Positions 1-13,460 of a DNA stretch of 64,000 bases are shown in pieces. The notes under the pieces were generated by a model, which was not told where the DNA came from, did no database searches, and worked only from the letters and a program-made list of their open reading frames with translations. Location of the stretch: contig OZ024743.1 of the NCBI GenBank assembly GCA_964016885.1, positions 268,708,001 to 268,772,000 on the forward strand, written 5' to 3'. The DNA comes from Eledone cirrhosa (Eukaryota). The stretch's first letter is position 1. Each line of letters opens with the position of its first letter. Both the position numbers and the translations under genes were made by a program.

Positions 1-1170
1 TGTAGAGATATATTTAGTAACTATGACACCATGAAGTGTTAGTATTTGCTGCCGGCACTAATTAATTAGTATCGCTAAGTGGCCTTCAGCTGCAACGTCT
101 GAGATCTGGCGTTTTGTTTTAATTGCAAAATTTTAATTAACAACCGGAATGGATATTTAGCATACTAAAGTCAAATAAATTAACGGCAGGAAAAGTCAGC
201 TGCAGATGGTGAAATCGATGACGCCTCATCAACTAGACCGAAAGTTCGTATCATATGGTTAGTGGTGCGTCCTCCACCACAGGCAAATGCGCCAACGAGG
301 AATCCACTAGGAGGTCAATTGAATTGCTTGAAATAGCAGTTAAATCATCCGTATATCTCACCTTCATTATATCAAATCAAGAAATAACATATAAGATTAA
401 ATAGTTCTTGAGTAGCTATGCCTCGAAAGACTAATGTTTTGATTTCCATAGCTAAAAGATCATAACTTTAAGCATTCAGATCTGGCCTATAGTAAAACAT
501 CAAAAACTACTAATGAAACCAACTACACAACCTGGTTGTTCGTTCCATCTGTAGGTACGATGCACTTTTGGAAGTAATGAGAATCACTGTAGGATATATA
601 AAAATATTTCACTCATAGTTTGAACACTGTTGATCAAAGATTGAGTCCATCAAAGTTTAAGTTAAGCAACAACAATAACGGGCCTAACATCATAAAGGGG
701 GACATTACAAATATTATGATGATCTGAAAGCAAGGACTAAGATGCAACTGTCACAGTATAGCTGTCTTCCTGCTGAAAGGCAAATGCATTGAAGAAATAT
801 GATATAATGCACCACAATAATTCGTTTCTCTACAGCCATCTGGAAAATTCTAAGTCTCTATTAAAGCATATTTGGAAATGAAATGATGCTGGAAAGTTCT
901 CACCAAAATATCCTAGACTTAACTTACAGCCAAATACGAAAGTTTCTGCTGATCGACTACGAACATGAAACATATTGATGCTTGATAAAAAGGATATTAC
1001 GTTGTTGACGACATATTAAAGGCGACAAACAATATCCAATCTGATGGCTGGTAATGTTTATTTATTTTTCATTATACTCTACTCATTCAATGTATATATA
1101 ATTGAACGCAACTTTTATGTCTGCTTATACAAGTATACAAGCATACATGCATATATATATATATATATAT

Positions 1171-1355
1171 AATATAGAAATCACTTCTACAGGATTAGAA
1201 CTGTTTCGGAAGAAATCATCCGGAAAGCTTTCCTGGTTATTTCTTCCGAATTAAACAGTTCTAATCCTGTAGAAGCCATTTCTATATTAGACATTTATAC
1301 TCTACTATGTATTGAGTACCTAACTTACTGTGGTTACCCTCGATTGAACCCGGGA

Positions 1356-1360
<5 letters not shown>
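1171..1360. mobile_element. Fold-back element, family A (hairpin 1171-1288 plus unpaired extension); probable PLE pLTR remnant
   Basis: Imperfect ~55-bp arms centred on GGAAAGCTTTCC, between (TA)n and (TAAA)n; reverse-complement relative at 4146-4335. Confidence 0.75.
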
Positions 1361-1386
<26 letters not shown>

Positions 1387-1395
1387 ATATATATA

Positions 1396-1655
1396 GTGGA
1401 AACTTCTGGTGTCCTCGGCCCCAGGGCTACCTCCTTACTCACCACCATAGGCGCTAAGCTGGCCAGCCGCAGGTGTGAGCCCCGCGAGTTGGAGTGGCTT
1501 TTCCAGCGCGTCTCCCTTGCCGTCCTCCGGGGAAACGCCTTCTCCATTCTGTCGGCCGGGGCTGTGGGTGGGCCCCATCGCGTACCAATACATTAGTTAA
1601 GTACCATTCTTTCATCTGATACAACACAATAAAGACAGTGTGAAGCTATAACATA
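1396..1655 (+). mobile_element. 3' end of a CRE-like non-LTR retrotransposon (C-terminus of restriction-like endonuclease)
   Basis: ETSGVLG...LFQRVSLAVLRGNAFSI resembles the CRE-clade ETxG...QRxSxAxxRGNA ending; short 3' UTR with AATAAA; microsatellites on both sides. Confidence 0.7.
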
Positions 1656-1775
1656 TATACATACATACATTATACACACGACACTCAGCTTTATAATAAT
1701 ATGGATACCCAGTGATACATAGCTATAACGTAGCGCCCTTATATGTCTCTGTATGTCTGGTTGTCTACATTAGAT

Positions 1776-1892
1776 AACGTTTTTCGAAATATTTACTTCT
1801 GCGTTCACAGACGGATTTTTTTTACTTCAGAAGATCCGGTTAAGGGTGAAAGCAGCGATTCTTTGCTTAAACTTTAATCTGTTATTTTAATA
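1776..1892 (+). repeat. Penelope pLTR fragment, family D
   Basis: Shares TTCAGAAGATCC.GTTAAGGGTGAAAGCAGCGATTCTTTGCTTAAACTTTAATCTGTTATTTTAAT with 37456-37655; ends in TA repeat. Confidence 0.8.
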
Positions 1893-1960
1893 TATATATT
1901 TTTGCATACACAAAAACAAAAACCTATTTATTTCACGAAAGCGCAAACGGCATATCGTCA

Positions 1961-2449
1961 TTGCTACTGTTCGAGGTTAGAGGACCACAGTCTTTCCAAG
2001 ATCTGAGAACCATCAATGGCCATCAATGTTCCACTTACCGTTTGGCTTGCCAGATGCGTGGTATGTTACACGATGACAGCCATTGGCACCTCACCCTGCA
2101 AGAAGCAGCAACTGCTAAAGTCCCTTCTCAGCTGCGAAAACTTTTTGCTATTATGCTGCACAACTGCGATCTCGCCGACCCTCTCGCACTGTGGAACAAC
2201 CACCGTGAAAGTCTAGCTGAGGATATCCTCCACCGCACACGCAGACACAATCCGAACGTAACATACGATGTCGTTTTCAATGAGGCGCTCATTTGTCTTA
2301 AAAACAGTGTCCTGGAGATTGGTAGTCGGCTTCTAAGTCACTGCAGCTTACCTGCTCATGACAGGAGTGTCCACAGGTCAACGTCTACAGAGCTCCTCCG
2401 CGAGACGAGCTATGAAATCAGTGATTCCCCCATGGTCAATTGTATGTAG
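1961..2449 (+). pseudogene. Helitron Rep/helicase fragment
   Basis: LLFEVRGPQSFQDLRTING..YRLAC..GMLHDD..W..L.EA..P.QLR.LFA..C..P.ALW is a typical Helitron RepHel segment; possible 3' end (GC-rich hairpin + CTAGT) near 2800-2843. Confidence 0.85.
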
Positions 2450-2841
2450 GATGCTCTAGGGTGAGCTCGCCAAACAATCTCTTCATCTTTGCTCCGGAGG
2501 GCCGAATAAAAAATATTGTATACTCTGAGGCTCTAACAATGTAATTTAAATATTTTCTGTTACTTGTAATTTCCATTATGGTTGTACAAATTATTGTTTG
2601 TTAAAAAATGTGTTCTCTGTTCAGCTTTTATTGTTGTAACTATCAATTTTCTTTAACGTACTGGCTGCAGAATTGGGGAATCCTAAAAACTATTCAAACC
2701 CAACATCAGAGCACGTTAACACCACCCCCGTTCGATGATTTGAGAGGGCGTGCAGTATCTTTGGACTGGAGTGTAGGGGGGATTCCTGAAAAGATAAAAT
2801 GCCGGCATATTTAGCCGGAAACCAGCCGGACGGGCCAGCTA

Positions 2842-2889
<48 letters not shown>

Positions 2890-3571
2890 GTGTGTATTTG
2901 TGCATGCATATGTAGTGTCAAGATTTACCGTGGAATAGATAAAGGAAAAAGAGATCCCTAATTTAGGTACACGGCTAAAATATAATATAAATTATTTTTT
3001 CAAAACAGTCGCAAGCTACCTTAAGTTTCAAAGCCTACACTAACATACATCATAGAAACGCTATATTTGTTAGTGTTACTTGTGGTTCAGGCGTTCTCTA
3101 TATGGCCGACATTCTGTTGACAACGCATTAACTATTACATAATTACATTTTTTTTTACGTTTATATAATTAAAAACTTATTTGCGTTAATCCGTATGGTG
3201 AGCAAATGGCGTCCCACGTGTTGGCCTCCCCACAACCCCGGCGGACAGAATGGAAAAGGCGTTTCCCCGGAGGATGGTAGGGGGATGTGCTGGAACGTAA
3301 AAAAAAAGTAAAATAGGTAGAGTCTCTCTGGGATAATTGTTTCTAAAGGCTTGACTATTACCAAGACAATTTTGTATAAATTCCGAACCTATTTACACAC
3401 ATTACATTTTGATGCTTTGAAATGTAACTATTACATAATTACATGTTGATGCTTTGAAATGTACATAACTAGTGTGATCTAAGAGACTAAACCACAGTTG
3501 AATATGTAAAACCATCTTTCTTCTTTCTATTTATCTATAGAAATGCTAATAATTATGTTATTTAACAGCTT

Positions 3572-3628
3572 CAGATGAGATCAATGCATAAGGAATAGAA
3601 TATTCCTGTTGTGCTGATCGAAACGTTC
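3572..3628 (+). ncRNA. Hammerhead-like motif (variant core CAGATGA)
   Basis: CAGATGA-GATCA[inner stem AGGAATA/TATTCCT]TGATC-GAAA-CGTTC; stem I not convincing. Confidence 0.5.
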
Positions 3629-3809
3629 AATCAATTAAATGATTAATGTAATTTAATCCCGATTATTTTTATTTCTTTATGAGTTTGGTAATTTACCGAT
3701 TCGATCAAACTATGCACTGTCATTTACCTATCTAGCTGTAGACTATAACATCAGATTTGTGATTTGAAATATTCTTTGCCTCCATATGCTTGTTATCAAC
3801 TCACGTAAA

Positions 3810-3884
<75 letters not shown>

Positions 3885-3886
<2 letters not shown>

Positions 3887-4132
3887 TAGCCGAATTACCC
3901 GCATCTTGCTGCGCTTCACACATTTTTTTTTTTGTAAGAAAATGATGATTGATTTTAAATCATTTTAATCATTTGATTAAAATGAAATATACTTATCCAA
4001 TTACCTTTGGCAATGTAGTTTCAGAATATATATGGTTATGGGGGTCTATCTCCAAAACCATAAGAGGAGTTCGTGAACAAACAAACAAACAAACAAACAA
4101 ACGGACAGTAATACAACTTTATATATATATGT
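3885..4132 (-). mobile_element. Non-autonomous Helitron-like element
   Basis: Minus strand begins TATATATAAAGTTG..(GTTT)n and ends with a GC-rich segment + CTAGT; lies within (TA)n. Confidence 0.6.
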
Positions 4133-4145
4133 ATATATATACATA

Positions 4146-4335
4146 AGTTATTCCGGGTTGAATCGGAGGTAACCACAGTAAGTAAGGTACTCAATACATA
4201 GCAGAGTATAAAAGTTTTAATATAGAAGAACTTCTACAGGACTAGAACTGTTTCTTTCGTAAGAAATCATCAGGAAGCTTGCTGACGATTTCTCACGAAT
4301 GAAACAGTTCTAGTCCTGTGGCAGCTCTTCTATAT
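4146..4335. mobile_element. Fold-back element, family A, with HHR cores on both arms
   Basis: Hairpin 4220-4335; + strand CTGACGA(4282)..GAAA-CAG-TTC; - strand CTGATGA-TTTC-TTAC-GAAA-GAAA-CAG-TTC. Confidence 0.75.
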
Positions 4336-4343
4336 ATATAAAT

Positions 4344-4412
<69 letters not shown>

Positions 4413-5019
4413 TATAAATTCTCGGGCCAGATTTCCTCTTCCGCATAATTAAGTTTATAAGAGGTTCGGGCCGCTGCCTGGAATATCCGGTTTCTAATAT
4501 TCTGGAGGTGATGAATGTATTTTGGGTGAAATTGGGTACAGGAAACTTTTTTTTAAACTCTTCAGATGGACGATAACTATACATTAAAAGGCTAGTTATA
4601 CAGTGTGTCAATCTAAATTAAGTAACTGCTACACGTGTCTTGTGAACCGCTCAGTCATTTATAGGTTAATTTAACGCGCTGATATGTTCGTTACTCGATC
4701 GTCTGGAACTCTCAACATTGAAAACGATAGTGGTCAATTCCAATCCATATTTGTACAATTTTCAACGTGTTATATATGAGTGGTATATAAGGGTATACGA
4801 CCGGTATATATATGTTTACTGCAGATTGTTCAAGAATTCATTGTGGAATAGTGTTTGTTAAATTCATATTTATTTTTGTAAATCATCAGCTCTCACTCTC
4901 TCTCCCTTTCTCACAACCACATATGTAAGCACACATACACACACACATATGTATTTATGAGTATATATATATATGCTAATGTATGTAGGTGCGTGTGTGA
5001 AAGTATATGTATACATAGT

Positions 5020-5068
<49 letters not shown>

Positions 5069-5167
5069 AGAGAGAGAGAAATGCATGTACATATATATAT
5101 ATGTATGTATGTGTGTTGGTGTGTGTGTGCGGTGCCTGTGTGTGTGTGGATATGCCTAGAGATAGAC

Positions 5168-5223
<56 letters not shown>

Positions 5224-5392
5224 TATTGGAGGAATGCTTGGGAAGGGTTAAATGCATGTTGACGCACTGACTCATGCCATCCCTTATATGTGTGTGAGGG
5301 AGGAGGATAAACACATGCATGCATACATACATACACACTTATGTATATATATATATATATATAGTAGTAGTATATATATATATATATATTCG

Positions 5393-5476
<84 letters not shown>

Positions 5477-5715
5477 ATATGTATATATATATATGTGTGT
5501 GTGTATATGTGTGTGTATATGTATATATATATATATATATATATAATGAAAAATTGAACAGGGACAGAACAGAGAGGCAGTACAATAAATGTTTATTAAA
5601 TTCACGCTCATGAGAGTGGGGGGTAGGTATATATATACATAAGTGTGTGTGTATGCATATATATTTAGTTGTATTTTCATATATATGGATTGATGTACAC
5701 ACATACACACAAACA

Positions 5716-5775
<60 letters not shown>

Positions 5776-5942
5776 CATATGTGTTTGTGCATTTATATGT
5801 GCATGCATAGATTCATTCACTCCTACATTCCTACATTCATCTATACAAAGCGAACATACCCACAAGCATATATACATTCATTCAAACATATATATATACA
5901 TGCGTGCATGCAAACTCATAGATGTATGCCTATATACACGCA

Positions 5943-5976
<34 letters not shown>

Positions 5977-6813
5977 CATCCATACATACCTACATGTATG
6001 CATACATATATACGTACAATAACACATACATACTTACATATATATATATAGTATATACATATTCATACATTCATACATATATATATATATACATGCGTGC
6101 ATGCAAACTCGTATATGTATGCCTATATACACGCATACATACATACATGCATACATACATACATCAAACATATATACATCCATACATACCTACATGTATG
6201 CATACATATATACGTACAAAAACATATTCATACATTCATACATATATATATATATATACGTTATACGTTTGCAATTACTGATACTGCGATTGGTCTTTTA
6301 TTATGGATGATTGCTCTCTTGGAGATTTTGGCAATTCCTCAGAAACCCCATACAACCAGGACATTGTGCAATGAAATTAACGTCCGGAACGCTAAACGCA
6401 ACAAATTGTGTTAACAATGCCTAGAGCATAATTCCTCCTGCAAGTGAACAATGATGAACCAAGTGTTTCTCTGTCTGTCCTTGATTTTCTCTTTGTTGTC
6501 AATTAAAGAATCCAGTTGCTTTGTGTACAAATTCTGCTGTATTATCTGCGAATAACATAGGAAAGCACGGACCGGACGACACCGAATATAGACGTGGAGG
6601 GGTTGGAGATAGAGGGGCGCTTGGAACGATGGGGGTAAAGTTAGTGTTGAGGTAGAAGAGGGGAATGATTGAGAAAAGGATATAGGACAGGGAAGAGTGA
6701 GTCAAGGCCAATAGCTAATCAGCGAGAAGCATGTTTGAATGTATCCATTGTGCATGTATATGTATTAACGTGTGTGTATGTGTGACTATGAGGGAGTGAG
6801 AGTGTGTACTTGA

Positions 6814-6876
<63 letters not shown>

Positions 6877-6911
6877 TATACTCACGTACACACTATATAT
6901 ATATATATATA

Positions 6912-7021
<110 letters not shown>

Positions 7022-7072
7022 CTCGCGTACACACTCTCACTCACTCATATATATATATATACAGTATATATA

Positions 7073-7441
7073 TATAAACGTTTGTATATGTATAATAAAG
7101 CCAAAACAATGCAGGTATGGACATAGAATAAAGAATGCAAAGGCAAAAGATATTGTTGACAATTAGTCTTTTACCTTAGATTTATTTAAATGTCCTTAAT
7201 TTTCGAGATAATATCTCTTCTTTGGAGGGAAGTAAAGCGGTTAAACAAGTGTTTCTAAATAGCTTGCCAAGTCACGCTGTACTTCCCTCCGAAGAAGAGA
7301 TAGTATCTCGAAAATTAAGGACATTTAAATAAATCTAAGGTAAAAGACTAATTGTCAAAAATATCTTTTGCATTTGCATTCTTTATTCTATGTCCATACC
7401 TGCATTGTTTTGGCTTTATTATACATATACAAACGTTTATA
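7073..7441. repeat. Long inverted repeat (~167-bp arms, ~35-nt loop); PLE-type fold-back
   Basis: 7073-7239 is a near-perfect reverse complement of 7275-7441; HHR-like CCGAAGA-A-GAGATAGTATCTC-GAAA-ATTA at 7289-7317. Confidence 0.9.
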
Positions 7442-7599
7442 ACTCATTACACAATGCTTCAAGTGAACTATAACTTCCTCCATATATATATATATATATA
7501 TATGTGTATATATATATATATGTATAGTAATAATAATAAAATTGAAGACTAAAATCCAAAGAGGGCTTGTGTATGTATGTATTTATTTGTTCCTATTAC

Positions 7600-8088
7600 T
7601 TCTGTATTGTATTTATTTACTTGGTTCTTAACTATGTAGCGAAGATTCATTTGGTCTCCTAGTTAGAATTTTAGTCTACGATTTATGCTATACCATTTAC
7701 GTGGTTTTGTCTTTGCGTGCTATTGTTCTCCACTCTCCACATATGACTTATTATCTTCGTTTTTTCGTTCATTGCCAGAGAACGTCTCTATGCACCACCT
7801 AAGAGAACATTAGTCTACGACCTCTTTTATACCATAAACGTGGTTTTGTCTTTGCGCGTAATTGTTTTTCACACGCTCCTATTAATGACGTATTATTCGT
7901 TTTTTCCCGTTCTTTGCCAGCGAACGTTACCACGAACCAAAGTATCGATTTCCTGTCTTCCTCCGGTTGCAACGTTTTTTGAAATATCCAGTTCTGCGTT
8001 TACAGATTGACTTTGTTAGTTTCAGAAATCCCGTTACGGGTGAAAGCAGCGATTCTTTGCTTAAACTTTAATCTGTTATTTTAATAAA
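7600..8088 (+). mobile_element. Penelope 3' UTR/pLTR fragment, family D, with ~150-bp internal subrepeats
   Basis: Reverse-complement match to 34262-34800; ends in TA repeat. Confidence 0.8.
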
Positions 8089-8172
8089 TATATATATGTA
8101 TATATATATACATACATATAGATAGGTAGGTAAATAGATAGATAGATATATAGATAGATATATTTCTTTATT

Positions 8173-8206
<34 letters not shown>

Positions 8207-8326
8207 GATAGATAACTTTACCGGTTTCACATGCGTCATGTTTTTCAAAGGTTTAGAGAGAAGCAGAGATGTGTGGCTATACCTACTTGTAACTTGCATG
8301 TAACTGATATTTTGAATTTATTTCAG

Positions 8327-8391
8327 TGTTATACAAAGAATTTGTCTTGGATTGCTATACGTTTCAAGTGCAATTTCATAGGTTGAGGAAG
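8327..8391 (+). CDS. Putative host-gene exon (LYKEFVLDCYTFQVQFHRLRK)
   Basis: tttcag acceptor, AAG|gt donor, open, phase 1->0, compatible with next exon. Confidence 0.45.
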
Positions 8392-8479
8392 GTCACGTGA
8401 TTAATCATCGATGGTAATTTTGCACCAGAAATCAGGAATCATGGATTTTTGTTATTTATAGCGAAATTAATATTATTTT

Positions 8480-8822
8480 GGTGGATTGGCAGTATTGGTA
8501 GAGGGTCGGACGCCATGCTTTCAAGCATGAGTTCAAATCTCGCCGAGGTTGACTTTGCCTTTCATCCTTACGGGGTCGATAAAATAAAGTACCAGTAATG
8601 CACTGGGTAATTGCTGGCCTTGTGCCTAAAGTAGAAACAAGTATTGGTAGAGGGTCAGACGCCATGCTTTGCAGCAAAGAGTTACGTCCCTTTATGGTCT
8701 GAGTTCAAATCCCGCCGAGGTTAACTTTGCCTTTCATCCTTACGGGGTCGATAAAATAAAGCACCAGTAATACAGTGGGATAATTGCTGGCCTTGTGCCA
8801 AATGTAGAAACAATTATTATTA
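8480..8822 (+). mobile_element. Tandem pair of tRNA-derived SINEs (family 1)
   Basis: B box GAGTTCAAATC, conserved CTTTGCCTTTCATCCTTACGGGGTCGATAAAATAAAG body, (ATT)n tail; many copies in window. Confidence 0.9.
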
Positions 8823-9176
8823 TTGTGAATGGGCCCACTGTGAGCATAGGCCTGTTAAATGGAAAATTCAAGATGGAGAGTGGTGCCATCCTAGAGTGCT
8901 CTTGGTGATTTGGGTAGATTCAAATCAGTGGAGTTCCTAAACTACATCTGGGTGATGATCCTCCCTATTGGGCAATTTTTTTTGTTATTTATTTATTCTT
9001 AATTTTTACCTGTTTTCCTTTCTTTACAGGTTTCATGTAAATTCTCACTGTCCCCGTTTTTTTTTTTTTTGTACTTTGGTCCCACTGTCTAATATAGAAA
9101 TAGAAATAATGATAATATTATCATTAGTGTTGTTGTTGTTGTGGTTACATATATTTAGTATTCTTTTACTTTGTAG

Positions 9177-9257
9177 TTGGTTTCTAATAGATTCATTGAA
9201 TTGGAAGACATGAAGAATAAATACAGCGATCAAACAAGCAATGTTTATTTTCCATCC
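9177..9257 (+). CDS. Putative host-gene exon (LVSNRFIELEDMKNKYSDQTSNVYFPS)
   Basis: Pyrimidine tract + tag acceptor, gtgag donor, 81 nt, phase 0->0, non-repetitive. Confidence 0.6.
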
Positions 9258-9768
9258 GTGAGATTATATATATATATATATGTATGTGTGTGTAGGTGTA
9301 TGTGTGTAGATGTATGTGTGCGTGTATGTGTATGTGTGTGTGTGCGTGTGTTGTGTGTATGTGTAATTCCATGTATACTTCCATGTATTGTATTATTTAA
9401 ATATCACAAAATAACTGTTTACATACTTTTACTGACTATATTTACATATTTACTACAATTATCCTGTTGAATAGGAAAACCCACGACTGTTTGTTGTGTA
9501 TTTATATACACACATACACACTCACACACACATACAGACACACACACACACATACACACACATACACTCACAAACACACATACACACATACATATAATTT
9601 ATCTCGACAGAAACTTTTTTATTTTTCTTCTCTCAACAAAGAACTCAAAAATACATACACACACACATGCACACACGCACACACACACACGCGCACACAC
9701 AGACACACACACGCACACAAACACATATACGCCTTCTCATCTGCATCACCTCCACCCCACCCTACCCT

Positions 9769-9807
<39 letters not shown>

Positions 9808-10101
9808 GTGTGTATGTGTGTGTACGTGGGTGACTGGGTGTGTATTTGATATATTGTACATTAGTTCTGAACAAACCCTTAAGAAACAAACAGACCTCAA
9901 TGATATATATTTTCGTTAATATTTTATTATTATTGTTGTTATTGTTGTTGTATCATATTTTCTTTGAAACCTCTAAAATGCTCGGGATTTTTCTTTAAAT
10001 ACTTTGTTATTTTATATATGTAGGTTTTATTTTAAATTTATTTATTCTTGATTGTGAAATTTTGTTACTTATTTTTTCCATCGTTATATAACATTTGTTA
10101 G

Positions 10102-10152
10102 GTTTTCAGGAATATCGATATATCTAACATCATTAGTTCAATCCTATCGAGG
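10102..10152 (+). CDS. Putative host-gene exon (VFRNIDISNIISSILSR)
   Basis: tttgttag acceptor, AGG|gtat donor, 51 nt, phase 0->0. Confidence 0.45.
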
Positions 10153-10532
10153 GTATCCTTACCCTTATTTCTTCTCGTTCTCCTTTTAGGGTCAATTATT
10201 TAAATTATGTGTCAACTGCTAAAGTTTTTTCTATATGTTTGTGACGATCAGGATTCCAGTTGTTCGAACAATAGATCAGCCTGATCGGGAAATTCACGCC
10301 CTCATTAAAGTATTTCTCAGTAACACGGTTGTTGGCAATACTGGTCCTTTCAATTACGATTACAACTCATGTTGCCAGCTGTGTGGATATGTGCAAGGAC
10401 ACAACACATCGGCTTGATCGATCCTACGGTCATGGACCTAAACCCCTTAGCATCTAAGCCACGTACTTTCACTTGTTTTTCTATATTATGATCTAAAAGA
10501 TATGAATAATATAATTATTATTCCCCAATTGT

Positions 10533-10718
10533 GGGCGGTGGATTGGCAGTATCGTAGACGGTCGGACGCCATGCTTTGACGCATAGAGTTACGGCCCTTG
10601 TCATTCTGATTTCAAATCCCGTCGAGGTTAATTTTGTCTTTCATCCTTACGGGGTCGATAAAATAAAGTACCAGTAATGCACTGGATAATTGCTGGCCTT
10701 GTGCCAAAAATAGAAACA
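10533..10718 (+). mobile_element. Full-length SINE (family 1) with 16-bp TSD
   Basis: A/B-box head; TSD ATTATTCCCCAATTGT at 10517-10532 and 10719-10734; further copies at ~10860-11055 and ~11075-11215. Confidence 0.92.
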
Positions 10719-11271
10719 ATTATTCCCCAATTGTTTCTGATTTATTCAAACATGTATATGCAGTGTATACATTGTTGACAGAAAATTAATGGAAAGGTAC
10801 ATTAATAGTTGTTTCTAACTTAGCAGTAACAAGCATTCAGAAATTTACATGTATCCCGTTTGATTTGCAGTATCGGTGGAGGGTCGGGCACAATGCTTTG
10901 CAGCACAGAGTTACGGCTCTTTACGGTCTGAGTTAAAATTATCCCCCCCCTCCCGAGGTTAATTTTGCCTTTCATCCTTATGGGGTCGATAAAATAAATT
11001 ACCAGTAATGCACTGGGATAATTGCAGGCTTTGTACCAAAGCTAGAAACAATTATTATTTATTTCTTTTAGGGGAGTTGGATTGGCAGAGTTTGTAAAGC
11101 GTCAGGTATAATGTTATTACAATGCTTGTTCCGGTCCTTTATGTTCTAAGTTCAAATCCCACCGAGGATAGCTTTGCCTTTCATCCTTGCGATGTCTATA
11201 AAATAAAACACCAACAATCTGAAGGCACGAGGAGAGTAGATTAAACATTGACACTACACACACACGCATAT

Positions 11272-11319
<48 letters not shown>

Positions 11320-11481
11320 GTGTGTGTGTGTGTGTACATACGCACATACATATATAGATCCATTCATCTATCCATACTTATAGATAAAGATATACCCATG
11401 CAAATAAAAATATTGATGTAATTATTTTCACGTCTCCAGATATATACATATAAAGAGATATAAATATACATCCATAAAATC

Positions 11482-11581
<100 letters not shown>

Positions 11582-11868
11582 TATTAGATATAGATATATA
11601 TACAAAGTTGCACACGAAAAGAAAAACTCAAGCTTCTTCTGTTGTTAACAAGAGTAGAATTCAACTGAGAGCCAGTGATAAACAAATTCTATAATTTGTT
11701 AGGGATTTCGTTGACATTACATTGATTGGGAATATACATGGGGGTAAACGATAGATGTGAAAAGGATTAAGAGCATTGCGATATATGTATGGAATAATAA
11801 TATGTTTATATAAAAAAAACATTGTGTATATATATATGTATGTATGTATGTATTTATATATATATATA

Positions 11869-12202
11869 TGGAGGCACATGGCTTAGTGGTTAGAGCATTG
11901 GGCTTGCAATCGAAAAGTTGTGAGTTCAATTCTCAGACCGGGTGATGTGTTGTTTCCTTGAGCAAGACACTATATTTCACATTGCTCCAGTTTACTCAGC
12001 TGTAGAAATGAGATGATAGGGACTGGGATCCCTATCATTCCATTGCAAAATGGTCGTGTAGGTGCCACGGCAAAAAGCACCTAGCACTCACTGTAAATGA
12101 GGTTGGTGTTAGGAAGGGCATCCAGCTGTAGAAATCAAGCCAGAATCAGTTCCCGTCCCACCCTTGCAAGAAGGGAAAAGCGGACGCAAAATGATGATGA
12201 TG

Positions 12203-12205
<3 letters not shown>
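11869..12205 (+). mobile_element. tRNA-derived SINE (family 2)
   Basis: TGGCTTAGTGGTTAGAGC A box, GAGTTCAATTC B box, TCCTTGAGCAAGACAC core, (GAT)n tail; relatives at ~20725, 31260(-), 37940, 49920(-), 54335(-). Confidence 0.8.
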
Positions 12206-12239
<34 letters not shown>

Positions 12240-12241
12240 AC

Positions 12242-12273
<32 letters not shown>

Positions 12274-12282
12274 GTTGCAGAA

Positions 12283-13460
12283 AATCCTCCTCAGCATCAG
12301 GATGTGACTGGTGGTTGATCTTCCCACTCTAAAGCCGTTCTGGTTGTCCCTGAGCTTCTGGTTTTCATTGACTTTAGGAAGGCCTTTGATTCTGTGGACC
12401 GTTACTGCCTGATGAAGATCTTACAGGCTTATGGAATCCCCAAGAAGATAGTGGACCTGATATCACTGCTCTACACCAACACCAAAGCCCAAGTCATTAC
12501 ACCTGATGGGATGACAGAGTTCTTTGAGATACTGGCTGGAGTGCTCCAGGGAGATACATTGACTCCCTACCTTTTTATCATCGTAGTGGACTATTGTATG
12601 CGCCTTGCACTGGAGAAAAACCAGGACTCTGGCTTTACTGTAGCACCGATTCAGAGCAGGAGAGTTAAGGCGAAAAAGGTATCGGATGCTGAATTTGCCG
12701 ACGACATAGTTTTGGTGACAAATACAGTGAAGGGGCAGAAGATTTGATGCGGGAGGTTGAGACTGTGTCGATGAGTGTGGGGCTGACAATGAATGAGACT
12801 AAAACAAAATATCTGGTAGAGAATGTTGAGAAACCAGAGGGGATCACTAATGTAGGCGGGAAACCGCTAGAATTGGTTGAGGGCTTCCTGTATTTGGGAG
12901 CAAAGATTGGGAATACGGGAGATGATGTGGTTGAGAGGAAGAGCAAAGCCTGGGCGGCGTGCCACAGTTTGAGATCGGTGTGGAAGTCGGACTTTCGTAA
13001 GGACCTGAAAATCCGCCTCTTCATTGCTGTAGTGGAGTCTGTGATGCTGTATGGGTCTGAGACTTGGACACTGACCAAGAAACTCACTCAGATGGTGGAT
13101 GGGTGCTACACGAGAATGCTGAGGATGGCTCTGAACATTAATCAGTATACACTGAGGATGAAAAATTCAGAGCTGTATGGAAGCCTCCCAAAAGTCAGCT
13201 CAAAAGTGACACAGAGGAGACTGAGGTTAGCTGGACATGCTCACCTACATCCAGAGTTGACATTGCACTCAGTGCTCCTGTGGGAGCCCCTACATGGACA
13301 CACTAGAAGAGGAAGACCAAGGTTAACGTATGTTGATGCCCTAAGGACAGACACTGGTCTGTTGGAGACGCAGGACATGGCAGCGATAATGAGGGACAGA
13401 GACCGTTGGAGAGAACTCGTCCATGGATCTTGGTAATTTTACCCGCCTTAGATAGATAGT
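12283..13460 (+). mobile_element. 5'-truncated, 5'-inverted RTE-clade LINE (frameshifted RT)
   Basis: Near-identical to 58286-59378; QGDTL and FADD motifs; frameshift near 12735; (TAGA)n tail; 12283-12358 is the reverse complement of ~58170-58250. Confidence 0.95.

Noticed and set aside
836-1043. Fully coding exon
   Set aside because: Good splice signals but stops in all three frames; at most a 5' UTR exon ending ATG GCT G
2990-3100. Hammerhead on minus strand (also weak candidates near 13462, 15064, 30820)
   Set aside because: Core and stems too degenerate to call
6509-6634. Additional host exon
   Set aside because: Weak acceptor and phase not compatible with the 8327 exon
11869-11940. 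tRNA gene
   Set aside because: A/B boxes belong to a SINE head; no complete cloverleaf
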